A stretch of 64,000 nt of DNA from an uncultured Gammaproteobacteria bacterium (GTDB taxonomy: Bacteria > Patescibacteriota > Microgenomatia > Woykebacterales > RBG-16-39-9b): NCBI GenBank assembly GCA_964367355.1, contig CAYIWY010000002.1, positions 7,296 through 71,295 of the forward strand, given 5' to 3'. The position numbers were made by a program, and so were the translations under genes. The notes beneath the pieces are model-generated. The model was given only the letters and a program-made list of their open reading frames with translations. It ran no database searches and was not told the origin of the DNA. Positions 49,447 through 58,979 of the stretch are shown here, one piece after another. Positions within the stretch are counted from its first letter, which is position 1; every line of letters starts with the position of its first letter.

Positions 49447-50144
49447 AAAAGAAGTTATTAACTATTATTTTTTTCTTAAGTCCTTTGATACTTGGCAGCG
49501 CATTGGTAAATTCCCAAACGAGTCAAAGTCAGGAATACAGGCTTGAGCAAGTCGAAAAACTCAGCGCGACAGCAAGCTCTAAGGTGGCAACAAGCTCTGC
49601 AAAAACAAAATCCCACTCGATTAGCTTTACGGGCGGAACCGTGATTTCAATCGCAAGCAATGTGGTTTATTTAGCTACAAAAGAAGGCACAAAAACAATC
49701 TTCACCTCTGAAAATACTTTTTACTACAATATTGACTCCGCTGGTAAAAAACTAATTGGAATTGGAGATTTAAAAACTGGAGACAATATTGATGTCGTTG
49801 GTATCTCAGCACAAACAAGTTCGGGAAGTGCAAAAATAATTGTTCGTGACCAAACCAAAGTAACAAAGAATTTTTCGTTGATCGGTAAAGTGCTAGAAAT
49901 TAACGCAACTAGTTTAAAGGTTGGTAGTTTAACCAGAGTTGACTTACCTACGATAACCACAACCTTAAATAACGAAACTACTTTCGCAAACAGTCGCTCG
50001 TCTTCTCTTAAAATTTCCGACATCTTAGTTAACGATAAAATTGCCCTTGCTGGATATTTTGATGACAAGGGCAGTTTGATAACAAAGCAGATTTTTAAAA
50101 TTTCTCCACTTGTTAATAAAACCGCAACTTCTTCAGCAAACTAA
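49443..50144 (+). CDS. Secreted protein with two OB-like (DUF5666-like) repeats
   Basis: Signal peptide; DLKTGDNIDVVG and DILVNDKIALAG repeats. Confidence 0.7.
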   Translation: MKKKLLTIIFFLSPLILGSALVNSQTSQSQEYRLEQVEKLSATASSKVATSSAKTKSHSISFTGGTVISIASNVVYLATKEGTKTIFTSENTFYYNIDSAGKKLIGIGDLKTGDNIDVVGISAQTSSGSAKIIVRDQTKVTKNFSLIGKVLEINATSLKVGSLTRVDLPTITTTLNNETTFANSRSSSLKISDILVNDKIALAGYFDDKGSLITKQIFKISPLVNKTATSSAN

Positions 50145-50216
50145 TTTTCCCAAAAAGAAAGCGCTGCCCTCAGGGTTGGACCTAAGAACAGCGCCTTTAT
50201 AATTAAACCGCGAACT

Positions 50217-50897
50217 CTACTTCTTCTTGGAACTCACACCACCGTTGCTGGTAGCACGAACCCCATGGATAATCCGCCCGTTGACATTGCGGAAACCGAA
50301 TTCCTTGGCAAGGACCTTCTTGACTTCGTCAGTCTCGGTAATCCCACGTGAGAGAACCTTTCGGATAGACTCAAGAAGTTTCTGCTTCCGCTCCGCGCTC
50401 ATCCGCCTGGTCTTCTTCTTGGCCACATTCTTCTTCTTGGAACCCTTGCCCTTAGGCTGCTTCTTGGCAGAGGCCTTAGCAGCCGCTGCTCCTGAGGAAG
50501 GGGCTCTCTGAGCTTTCTTCTGATTCTTCTCCAAGGTGTAACGAGATTTGATCGCTCTGATTGAGTGTTTGCCAACGACGCCACCGATTTTCTCAAAAAG
50601 CTTATCGGTGTCAGTAATCCCCTGGTCAATCAATCCACGTACTTTCAGAGAAACCTCTGTGATGTTTGTCGGCTCACCCGTCGTCTTTGCAGAAGCTACC
50701 GAAGCCTCCATATAGCTGTCAAGATCGTTCAGTTTGCCAAGGAATCTGGCAGAGACATCTTGAAAGCCTGTCATCATCTCAGCGACTATACTGACCTGTG
50801 TAAAATCGCCAGCTTTGACCAGACTTTCCAGATACCTGGCAACCTTGGCACCGACTTTATCGACAAGCCCTTTGATTGCTTCAATCTCTTCTTGCAT
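50217..50897 (-). CDS. Basic putative DNA-binding protein with two GIT[DE]TD repeats and K/A-rich linker
   Basis: GGAGGT SD before ATG 50897; TTGACA-17-TATATA promoter. Confidence 0.75.
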   Translation of the reverse strand: MQEEIEAIKGLVDKVGAKVARYLESLVKAGDFTQVSIVAEMMTGFQDVSARFLGKLNDLDSYMEASVASAKTTGEPTNITEVSLKVRGLIDQGITDTDKLFEKIGGVVGKHSIRAIKSRYTLEKNQKKAQRAPSSGAAAAKASAKKQPKGKGSKKKNVAKKKTRRMSAERKQKLLESIRKVLSRGITETDEVKKVLAKEFGFRNVNGRIIHGVRATSNGGVSSKKK

Positions 50898-51050
50898 TAC
50901 ACTCACCTCCAAAATACTTAAACCTCCTCCTGCTTTTTCTTGGGTTTTATATACCACATATCAAACGTTTTGTCAATTACTACAGGTTGACTTTATATTG
51001 AAGTTATAATAAAATCCGTTTAATTGAGATCTAGTAGTGAAAGGTGAGAA

Positions 51051-51779
51051 ATGCCGTTATTTACCCGAACCTGGGTCAAAAAGAATATCGGGTCGTTTGC
51101 AACGTTGGTTCATCGGGATTTTCCTAATGTGCCCGAGCATTACGATTATTCTGAAAAGAATCGGGTTCGCCGCTACATGGTTAAGCAAACCAGCGCGAGC
51201 TTGGATCCGAAATCCAAAAGAATTCGGATGCTTTTCATGCCTTCAGTTTGGGCGATCGATCTTTATGAGTTTTCCCAAAAATTTAGGATTGATTCCGCCC
51301 ACAGCTTAGCAGTCGAACACAACCACTTCTACGCTGAGCACTTACGTTCCTGGGTCGAAGCCGCCGATCAACTTGTCGGTGGTGTACCTTTCAAGGGCAT
51401 GCAAATTTACGAAGGCAAAATGTCGGAAGCAACTCGGGAAGTTTCTGGACCGTTTGAGGTTGCCAATCTGGACTTCATCAGCCCCTGGAACCGAGAAGTT
51501 CGAGAATCGGTCAAAAACCTCCTGCAACGTGATTTGCTGACCATTCCGGCGGTTCTCTTTATCACTCTGAACGCAACTGATTGGATTCGGTCAATCCACG
51601 AGAAAAAGACCGACAAGAGTTTGGCTCAGTTAATGCCTGCTCGTATTTACCGGCTTAGTCATAAGACAAAGTATACCTGTCACTACCGTTGGCATATGGA
51701 CTGGATCGGCGAAGGCGGCAGTAAAATGTTGACCATCGCTTTTACAGTTCACGCCAAAGAAAAAAGGGTTGAGTCCTAA
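51051..51779 (+). CDS. Divergent class I methyltransferase-fold protein
   Basis: Strand order MLFMP / LAVE / IYEG / FEVANLDF / VLFITL / MLTIAF. Confidence 0.55.
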   Translation: MPLFTRTWVKKNIGSFATLVHRDFPNVPEHYDYSEKNRVRRYMVKQTSASLDPKSKRIRMLFMPSVWAIDLYEFSQKFRIDSAHSLAVEHNHFYAEHLRSWVEAADQLVGGVPFKGMQIYEGKMSEATREVSGPFEVANLDFISPWNREVRESVKNLLQRDLLTIPAVLFITLNATDWIRSIHEKKTDKSLAQLMPARIYRLSHKTKYTCHYRWHMDWIGEGGSKMLTIAFTVHAKEKRVES

Positions 51780-51794
51780 TGGATTCAACCCTTT
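51763..51794. terminator. Bidirectional terminator
   Basis: AAAGGGTTGAGTCC-TAAT-GGATTCAACCCTTT between convergent genes. Confidence 0.8.
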
Positions 51795-51808
51795 ACTATT
51801 TCTCCCAC

Positions 51809-53494
51809 CTATTTCTTCAGAACCAAGTTACCTCTGACGTAAGTCAAATAGCGCAAGCTATCGACCTCGCGTAACATTTCCTCCGGCGAGTAAACTCCAC
51901 CAAAGAAAAATGAAAATAGACAGCTGATCAACTGATCAATCTTGTATCTCCGAGAATCAACACCATTTGGGCTGGGCTCAACGAAAGTCTTGTAATCAGA
52001 ATGCTCCGAATTAAGCAGTACTGCCACAAGCCGATTTTCTTCGTTCGTGCGTACCTGAGCACGCGGCTCTTCCGGTTTCATTGGCATCGGAAAAACTTCG
52101 AACTTCGGCCGACTGCTGGCTGTTTTCTTAGGCTTGCTTGGATCAAGAGTGTCAGTAGGCTTCCCACCAGGAAGTATGTCAACCGATTTCGCACCCCCAC
52201 CAGCTGGACCAGGACAACCACCAGATTTACTCCCACCTAACTTTTTGATCGGAACATTTATCTCTTCCCGCCCACCAACTTGCGGACGTTTCTTAACCGG
52301 AAAACCATCCAGCAGGTAACCTTGGTCAACAAAAACGTCAACGACAAGGTTGCGCAACTGTTTGGTTACATTATCCCGAACCTCGGGACGCTGGGCATCA
52401 ATCTCGCTAAGGAACTCCAGCAAAGCCTTTTCAAGTTCCTTAAGACCCTTCTTGAAGGCCTCAAAGTTTCCCTCCGGGTCAGAGATTAGGACTTTCTTAG
52501 CCGAATCTGTCTTGCAGAAATCCGCTGAAAAATCCATGTCAAGTCGACCACTATTCCAAGGAGCACAATCAAAACCTTCAATTTCGGTAATATCATTAAA
52601 AACCCGACGGTGTCCCCACCAAACCCGACAGCGACCATCGTGCCGGTGCGGCAGAACCCCACCAGACCAAGTCACCCACTCTTGGTGTGACTTACCATAA
52701 CTAGTCCACACCAAACACTTTTCTTGCTTTCCGTTTGAAAGCTGGAACTCGTTGACATGGGCAATTACTGGTGAAACGTAGACGCTTGGCTTCTTCTGAC
52801 CCTTTTTGTCGATTTCGACGATCTCAATCACGATTTTTGGGTCAGAGTTGGGAAGGTCCTTACGGTATTCCTGGGCGAAAAAGCTCTCGAGCTTTCTGAT
52901 ATTTATCTGGCTCATCTTTGCCGGATCAATGTCAGAAATTTCAACATCCGTCCCGATAGTCGGCCGGTTTTTGCTTTCCGGAGCAAGTTTCGGACGAATC
53001 TTACGACCGTCCTCACCTAACCCAAACATCAAAGTCCAGGTTTGCTCCGAAGTTGCCTCCGAACGACTGGTAACCAAGCAAATCCGACCAACAATTTCCC
53101 AAGCATGAACTCCCACTTGGTTGATACCGCGCATGCGGGCAATCTGACCCTTCCGCGAAGTATCGTTGTTAATCATGACTGCCCAGTTACGCTTACTCTC
53201 CAAACCCCCGCCAATTTCTGACGGCACTTGGATCATCCGGTTACGGGTCATTCCATGAGAATTGTCAGAGACGATAATCCGGTTGCGGAGGCGGTCAATA
53301 GTTACAGTTATGATGTACTCTTTCCGCTTCTTATCCGCCATCCACAGAGAGTCAAGACTGTTATCAACCAGCTCTCGCAAGTACTCCGGAGTTGATGAAA
53401 CCAACCTCGCTACAAGCGAGATAACCGAATCAGTATCCCCGAAGTTATAATCAACATACTCAAAGTCCACATCGTCCGCTGCTACCATCATCAC
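51809..53494 (-). CDS. GHKL ATPase, MORC-like
   Basis: LRELVDNSLD, VSDNSHGM, GINQVG, GTDVEI; S5-like region follows; start may be ATG 53488. Confidence 0.8.
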   Translation of the reverse strand: MMMVAADDVDFEYVDYNFGDTDSVISLVARLVSSTPEYLRELVDNSLDSLWMADKKRKEYIITVTIDRLRNRIIVSDNSHGMTRNRMIQVPSEIGGGLESKRNWAVMINNDTSRKGQIARMRGINQVGVHAWEIVGRICLVTSRSEATSEQTWTLMFGLGEDGRKIRPKLAPESKNRPTIGTDVEISDIDPAKMSQINIRKLESFFAQEYRKDLPNSDPKIVIEIVEIDKKGQKKPSVYVSPVIAHVNEFQLSNGKQEKCLVWTSYGKSHQEWVTWSGGVLPHRHDGRCRVWWGHRRVFNDITEIEGFDCAPWNSGRLDMDFSADFCKTDSAKKVLISDPEGNFEAFKKGLKELEKALLEFLSEIDAQRPEVRDNVTKQLRNLVVDVFVDQGYLLDGFPVKKRPQVGGREEINVPIKKLGGSKSGGCPGPAGGGAKSVDILPGGKPTDTLDPSKPKKTASSRPKFEVFPMPMKPEEPRAQVRTNEENRLVAVLLNSEHSDYKTFVEPSPNGVDSRRYKIDQLISCLFSFFFGGVYSPEEMLREVDSLRYLTYVRGNLVLKK

Positions 53495-53498
53495 CTCC

Positions 53499-54341
53499 CT
53501 ACAACTCCACTCGAGAGTTCAGCCACACTTGAAAATCAGCTTCTTTAATCAAAGAAGCCAAACCAGTTGCAAGTCGCAGTACAAAAGCTGGATCAAAATT
53601 GCCCTTGAGATCTTTACGAGGCCCCTCATTCTGAGCGAAGAAGTTGAGTGCGCTATTAAGTGCACCCAAAGTTTCTTCAAAAGTATCTCCTGGATTTCTG
53701 GCATCAAATCTATTTGGATAGTCAAGGTCAAAACCGACTGAGTCTTTTTCAATACCTGTCGCACGTCTGGCGACTTCAGCCATACCTTCGAAAAACCTCG
53801 CCACTAATTCCGTGTTTGTTGGGTCCTCAACTTGACCGAGTCGCGCCTCAACCCGAGCAAGTCTTAAATCAAATTCGTTTCCGGTTTCGACCTGCTTGAA
53901 AATCCTCTTTGCTTTGGCGACACTAGTCTTCTCAACTTCACCCGTAGCAAGTTTCAAGCCGATCGTCGCAAAAACTTTTTGAGCGACCATTTCTGAAGCA
54001 ATGTTCTGGTAAAGTGCCGAGTTAAGGGTTCCGGCTGTCAAACCGATTTTTTCGGAGAGCTGGTTCGGAGTCATTTCATTTTCGAACATATACTCCATTA
54101 AGTGTGTCAGAACTTTCGGCCTCAAACTACTAACCTTACGGTCAGTCGCCAACCAAACTCGCCATAAGGTCCGAGGTTGAAGAGCCTCCTTTTTTCGAAA
54201 CCGACGTAGAATTGGACCATCGATCTTGAATTTCTTACCGACATTTAGTCGACGGGCAATTTCTTCGTTATCGAATTCATCAAGTTTTTGCTCACGCAGA
54301 AACTCTTCAAAATCTGCTACCTGCTTTTTCACTGAAGCCAA
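53499..54341 (-). CDS. XRE-type HTH protein with coiled coil
   Basis: MTPNQLSEKIGLTAGTLNS HTH; GGAGGT SD, TTG start; TTGACG-17-TATAGT promoter at 54402-54430. Confidence 0.7.
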   Translation of the reverse strand: MASVKKQVADFEEFLREQKLDEFDNEEIARRLNVGKKFKIDGPILRRFRKKEALQPRTLWRVWLATDRKVSSLRPKVLTHLMEYMFENEMTPNQLSEKIGLTAGTLNSALYQNIASEMVAQKVFATIGLKLATGEVEKTSVAKAKRIFKQVETGNEFDLRLARVEARLGQVEDPTNTELVARFFEGMAEVARRATGIEKDSVGFDLDYPNRFDARNPGDTFEETLGALNSALNFFAQNEGPRKDLKGNFDPAFVLRLATGLASLIKEADFQVWLNSRVEL

Positions 54342-54482
54342 GTTTTCACCTCCACACCTTTCCTAGGATGTTTGATTGTTAATGTACTCAAACTTGGGCC
54401 GACTATAGCATATTCAAGCGTGTTCGTCAATCTCATAGTAAAAGGTCTTTCTTTATCGTTAAGTTTTGATATAATGGTTGGG

Positions 54483-55700
54483 ATGAATAAAATTGAAGCT
54501 AAGACACCAAAAGGTTTTCGTGACTTTTTAGGGGTTAGCGCTAAAGTACGCCAAGAAGTAATAACTACCTTTTCTAAGGTTTTTGAGCGGTTCGGTTTTG
54601 AACCGTTAATTACGCCTGCTTTGGAATACGCTGAAGTTTTAAAGGGAAAATATGGCGAGGAAGAAAAATTGATCTATGAGTTTGAAGATCGTGGTGGTCG
54701 CCAAGTTGCCCTGCGTTATGATCAAACTGTACCACTAGCCCGTGTGGTTGCAAACTATCCTGACATTACTAAACCTTACAAGCGTTACCAAATTCAACCG
54801 GTCTGGAGAGCAGAAAATCCCCAAAAAGGACGCTTCCGCGAATTTATTCAAGTTGATATCGATACAATCGGTAGCTCTTCCCTACTTGTGGAAGCGGAAA
54901 CTATTAGTTGTATTGTTTCAGCCATGCAAAGTTTGGGTTTCAAGAATTTTAATCTCAAAGTTAATGACCGCGAGATTTTCGCCGGATTACCCAATAGTGT
55001 AATTTCAACCATCGACAAACTTGACAAAATCGGGAAAGAAGGTGTGATTGCTTTACTTAAAAACCAAAGCTACTCTGATTTTCAAGCTGCCGATATTTTG
55101 AAAAAAGTTACTGACAGCAAACCCACACCGACGATTGAAAAGCTGTTTAATCTATTGACTAAGTATAAAATTAGCCAAGATTTCTATTCCTTTGATCCTT
55201 CACTTGCTCGAGGTTTGGATTATTATACTGGGTTAATTTTTGAGCTTGAAATTGAGGGCTACAGTACTGGCAGTATTGGTGGTGGTGGTCGATATGACCG
55301 CTTGATTGGAACATTTACCGACAAAGAGCAACCAGCAATGGGTTTTTCCTTTGGTTTTGATCGCATAATTGAAGCGATGGAAAGCCTTGAGCTTCTCCCT
55401 AAAAAACTCTCTACTACGGAAATTTTGGTAACTGTTTTTAATAATGATCTCCTCGATGAATCGCTCGAGGTTGTTTCTGGTTTACGCGATCAAGGCATAA
55501 ATACAGAGATCTCCCTTGACCCTGAAGCCAAGCTTGATAAACAAATAAAATACGCCGATCAAAAAAATATCCCTTTTGTTATTGTCCTTGGTCCTGAAGA
55601 AGCTAAAAACAAGACTCTAACCTTAAAAAATTTACAAACTACTAAGCAAAGTGTCGTCAAACTCTCCCAAATTAAAACTTTGATTGACCAAGAGAAGTAA
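54483..55700 (+). CDS. hisS: Histidine--tRNA ligase
   Basis: PKGFRD, LRYDQT, RGLDYYTG, GGGRYD. Confidence 0.98.
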   Translation: MNKIEAKTPKGFRDFLGVSAKVRQEVITTFSKVFERFGFEPLITPALEYAEVLKGKYGEEEKLIYEFEDRGGRQVALRYDQTVPLARVVANYPDITKPYKRYQIQPVWRAENPQKGRFREFIQVDIDTIGSSSLLVEAETISCIVSAMQSLGFKNFNLKVNDREIFAGLPNSVISTIDKLDKIGKEGVIALLKNQSYSDFQAADILKKVTDSKPTPTIEKLFNLLTKYKISQDFYSFDPSLARGLDYYTGLIFELEIEGYSTGSIGGGGRYDRLIGTFTDKEQPAMGFSFGFDRIIEAMESLELLPKKLSTTEILVTVFNNDLLDESLEVVSGLRDQGINTEISLDPEAKLDKQIKYADQKNIPFVIVLGPEEAKNKTLTLKNLQTTKQSVVKLSQIKTLIDQEK

Positions 55701-55722
55701 AAATAGGTATACTTAATTCATA

Positions 55723-57528
55723 ATGTCCGAACCTGCCGCACCACAAACCCAAACTAATCAAACTCCACTTAATTCAAACATTGTGTCCAACGGATCTAAA
55801 ACTGGTACTCAGGAAGAAATAAATAAGCTACTCGCCGCAGTCGAAAAGTTTCGCAAAACAGGATTGGTCGAAGATTCAGAAGTAACTTTTGCCAAAGAAA
55901 AAGTTTTACCCAAACTCGGGCTTTCATCAGAACAAATTAATGAGTTAGGACCAGTCGGAATAATGGTCAAACTTCAGGAGGAAGCTGATAAAAAACGCCT
56001 CAGCGCAAGTGGTATCAATTCTAACCTGGAACCTGCAATACCAGAAGTTGTTGAAACTAGCATTCCAAATTTAGTCAAACCAATACCTTCATCACCACCT
56101 CCCAAGATCAAAACCGAACTGGAAACAAATATTGATGAAAACAGTTTTAAGGAACTAACTAAACAGGTTTCGAAAATGACAGACAATCTGTCAGTCGATA
56201 TTGACAAGGAAATCAAAAGACAACTGGAGGAAAAGAAAGCTCTGGAACAAGCCCAAGACAAGGTTGATACGGTTTTGAAGGAACACGAGGAACTTTCCCT
56301 ACCCCAAATAAATAAAGAACCACAAACCCCAAAACCAACTATTGGACTTTTTCATACAAAAACTGTCGACAACACAGAAAATAAGCCACCAATTATTCAC
56401 GACCTTACCTACCCAATTCATCAACCAGAACCAACACAACCAGAGAACATTTCGACTGACCCACTCGAAGCGAGTATTGAAAATGCTATGAATTCATTGA
56501 AAGAAGGTGACTCTATTGGTAGTGAGTGGGTATTAAAGAAAATCCTAACAACGAGTTTCGGTAACAAAAAATCCCCTTTTTATGAACTTCTGAATAAATC
56601 CGGGGCAGCTTGGACACTTAGTCCTGAAGAAATGCGTGACGCGCTTCGCAGCAACATTTTGTCAAAAAACACCACCCCAGTGAAAGAAATTAACAGTGAA
56701 AAAGTCCAACCGCTTCACAATTTAAATGAACCGGATGATAAAATTGATGCTAAAACAAGTACTCAAATAACTGCAGGAGAGGTCGAGAGAATAAAAGAGC
56801 AACTCTCTGAAGAGAAAAAAGTTAATCATCCTTCCGATCAACCAAAGGAGCCCCACGAAGAAAGACATTCTGAGACAAAAGAGCATACTAAACCCTTTGA
56901 ACACCATGAGACGACAAGAACTAAACCTGAAATGGAAAAAAGCGAGCAAAAATTTGAAAAAGATCAAGTTGACTCAAAAGAACAAGGGCAAACAAAATTC
57001 AACCAAAAACAAATTGACTTTCTTAACAAAATCCACTCTGACCAAAGTCTCTGGAATTCCTTTACCTCGTTCAATCCAGAACTATGGCAGTATTTTCACG
57101 ACCTCTACGAAGAAGGTCGCTTAAGCAGCATCGGAATCGACGCTCATCCCCTATTTGATAAACTTGCTAGTAGTGACTTTGGCAGCTTAATTGACATTCA
57201 AAAAGGAGATTCGGCTAGTAAAATTCTGTCCGAGGCCGGTTACAACTTGTCCTGGACCCCGGAAGATGCGGAAATATTTGCAGTTCATCTTATCGCAAAT
57301 CATAAAATTCTAACAGATTCCGTCAGAAAATTGGAAATTAGCGGGCTAACTGCTCCTTCTCTACCCTCACCAAAGGATGTAATCGATTTAACTCTCGGTG
57401 CTAAAAACGGCAACCATGAGTCATTACACAAGCTTGAAGAGGCACTTAATTTCTTACCTGTGAACAGCAAGTTCAAGCTAATAAAACCTCCTCAACTAGA
57501 CTTATTGAAAAAATACTTTAAGCGTTAA
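55723..57528 (+). CDS. Hypothetical low-complexity protein
   Basis: Long ORF with host-like composition; TATACT 9 nt before ATG. Confidence 0.75.
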   Translation: MSEPAAPQTQTNQTPLNSNIVSNGSKTGTQEEINKLLAAVEKFRKTGLVEDSEVTFAKEKVLPKLGLSSEQINELGPVGIMVKLQEEADKKRLSASGINSNLEPAIPEVVETSIPNLVKPIPSSPPPKIKTELETNIDENSFKELTKQVSKMTDNLSVDIDKEIKRQLEEKKALEQAQDKVDTVLKEHEELSLPQINKEPQTPKPTIGLFHTKTVDNTENKPPIIHDLTYPIHQPEPTQPENISTDPLEASIENAMNSLKEGDSIGSEWVLKKILTTSFGNKKSPFYELLNKSGAAWTLSPEEMRDALRSNILSKNTTPVKEINSEKVQPLHNLNEPDDKIDAKTSTQITAGEVERIKEQLSEEKKVNHPSDQPKEPHEERHSETKEHTKPFEHHETTRTKPEMEKSEQKFEKDQVDSKEQGQTKFNQKQIDFLNKIHSDQSLWNSFTSFNPELWQYFHDLYEEGRLSSIGIDAHPLFDKLASSDFGSLIDIQKGDSASKILSEAGYNLSWTPEDAEIFAVHLIANHKILTDSVRKLEISGLTAPSLPSPKDVIDLTLGAKNGNHESLHKLEEALNFLPVNSKFKLIKPPQLDLLKKYFKR

Positions 57529-57537
57529 TTTCCCGAA

Positions 57538-58461
57538 ATGAAAACCAAAAACCTTGCCGTTGTTGCCCTTTTAACTACAGCTATAATCTGGGGAATTACT
57601 CTGCCTTTAATGAAGGTTAACCTAGACACAATGCCTCCCTTGACAATTGCTTTCCTGCGTTTTTCCCTAGCAGCAACCATTGCACTATCTTTTGGCGGAT
57701 TCGACAAGCTCAAGTTTAAGGATTTTTTACATATTGGTTTTTATTCTTTTTTTGGAATCACACTTAGTATTGGTTTGCTGCTTATTGGTTTAAATATGAC
57801 AACCGCAATCAACGCTACAATTCTACTTACTTTAAGTCCAATTATTACCTCGATTTTAGCAGCTTTTACGCTTAAGGAAAAAATAAATTCAATGCACGCT
57901 CTCGGTATTTTTCTCGCTTTTCTTGGGGTTTTTATATATTTGGTGGTTCCCGAGATAATCTCACAAAAATTTTCAAGGATTAATGTGCTTGGAGATTTAT
58001 TGATTTTGTTAGCAGTTTTATCGGCAGCAATTTTTACAATCGGCTCAAAAAAACTCATTGCCAGCTACCATCCGGGATCAATTAGTAGCGTCTCTTTCCT
58101 AGTGGGTGCAATCTGCTTTCTACCGGCAGCCTTTTTTGAATATATCCAAAACCCATACTGGGTCAACCATATTTCCTGGTTCAATATTTTTTCTTTAATT
58201 TTCTTAGGTGTTTTTTCTTCTTTCATTGCCTACAGCGCTTTGGAATGGGCCTTGTCAAAAGTTGATGTCCATGTTGACGTCACTATCGGATACCTGTCCA
58301 CATTAATTGCAATCTTAATCGCAACAACTTTTCTTCATGAAAAAATTTACTTCACAACTTTCATTTTAAGCTCAATATTGGTTGGTAGCGGAATTTTACT
58401 AGTCTCCAAAAACAAACCTCCAGGTCTTCATTTCCACCGACGAATCCATCATAATACCTAG
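57538..58461 (+). CDS. DMT/EamA transporter
   Basis: Ten TMs, IIWG, LRF, LKEKI, FLHEKI. Confidence 0.92.
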   Translation: MKTKNLAVVALLTTAIIWGITLPLMKVNLDTMPPLTIAFLRFSLAATIALSFGGFDKLKFKDFLHIGFYSFFGITLSIGLLLIGLNMTTAINATILLTLSPIITSILAAFTLKEKINSMHALGIFLAFLGVFIYLVVPEIISQKFSRINVLGDLLILLAVLSAAIFTIGSKKLIASYHPGSISSVSFLVGAICFLPAAFFEYIQNPYWVNHISWFNIFSLIFLGVFSSFIAYSALEWALSKVDVHVDVTIGYLSTLIAILIATTFLHEKIYFTTFILSSILVGSGILLVSKNKPPGLHFHRRIHHNT

Positions 58462-58518
58462 TCTAAGCTCAAGCAGCCTTGTCAACCAATTTTGAATATG
58501 TTAATATGCTTTTCGCTT

Positions 58519-58935
58519 ATGCAAGATCCAATACAAGTCGAGACAAAAGAAGAAGTGACAACTGAAGTCGAGGATAACGAAACTCCAGTTGAGAAACCCA
58601 ATCCGCCAGCTGGCGGAGAAAAAAAGTCAGCCGCTAAATCAGTGGCGACTCAAATTGCGTACTTTGCGGAAGCTAGAGTAACCTGTGCTTGCGGTAATAA
58701 ATTTACCACTGGTTCAACTAAAGAAGAGATCCGAGTCGAGATTTGCAACAGCTGTCATCCTTTCTTTACCGGACAGGAAAAATTTGTTGATACTGAAGGT
58801 CGGGTTGAGCGCTTCAAACGTATGGAAGACGCTAAAAAGGAAACCAAAACCAAAAAAGACGTCGAAAGAAAAGAAGACCAACCAAAAACTCTCAAAGAAA
58901 TGCTAATGTCACTTAACGACAAGAAATCATCTTAA
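58519..58935 (+). CDS. rpmE: 50S ribosomal protein L31 with terminal extensions
   Basis: [22 protein letters not shown]. Confidence 0.92.
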   Translation: MQDPIQVETKEEVTTEVEDNETPVEKPNPPAGGEKKSAAKSVATQIAYFAEARVTCACGNKFTTGSTKEEIRVEICNSCHPFFTGQEKFVDTEGRVERFKRMEDAKKETKTKKDVERKEDQPKTLKEMLMSLNDKKSS

Positions 58936-58979
58936 CTATTCCCTTTCCCTTTTAAACTAACCTGCTGTAAAATTTACTT

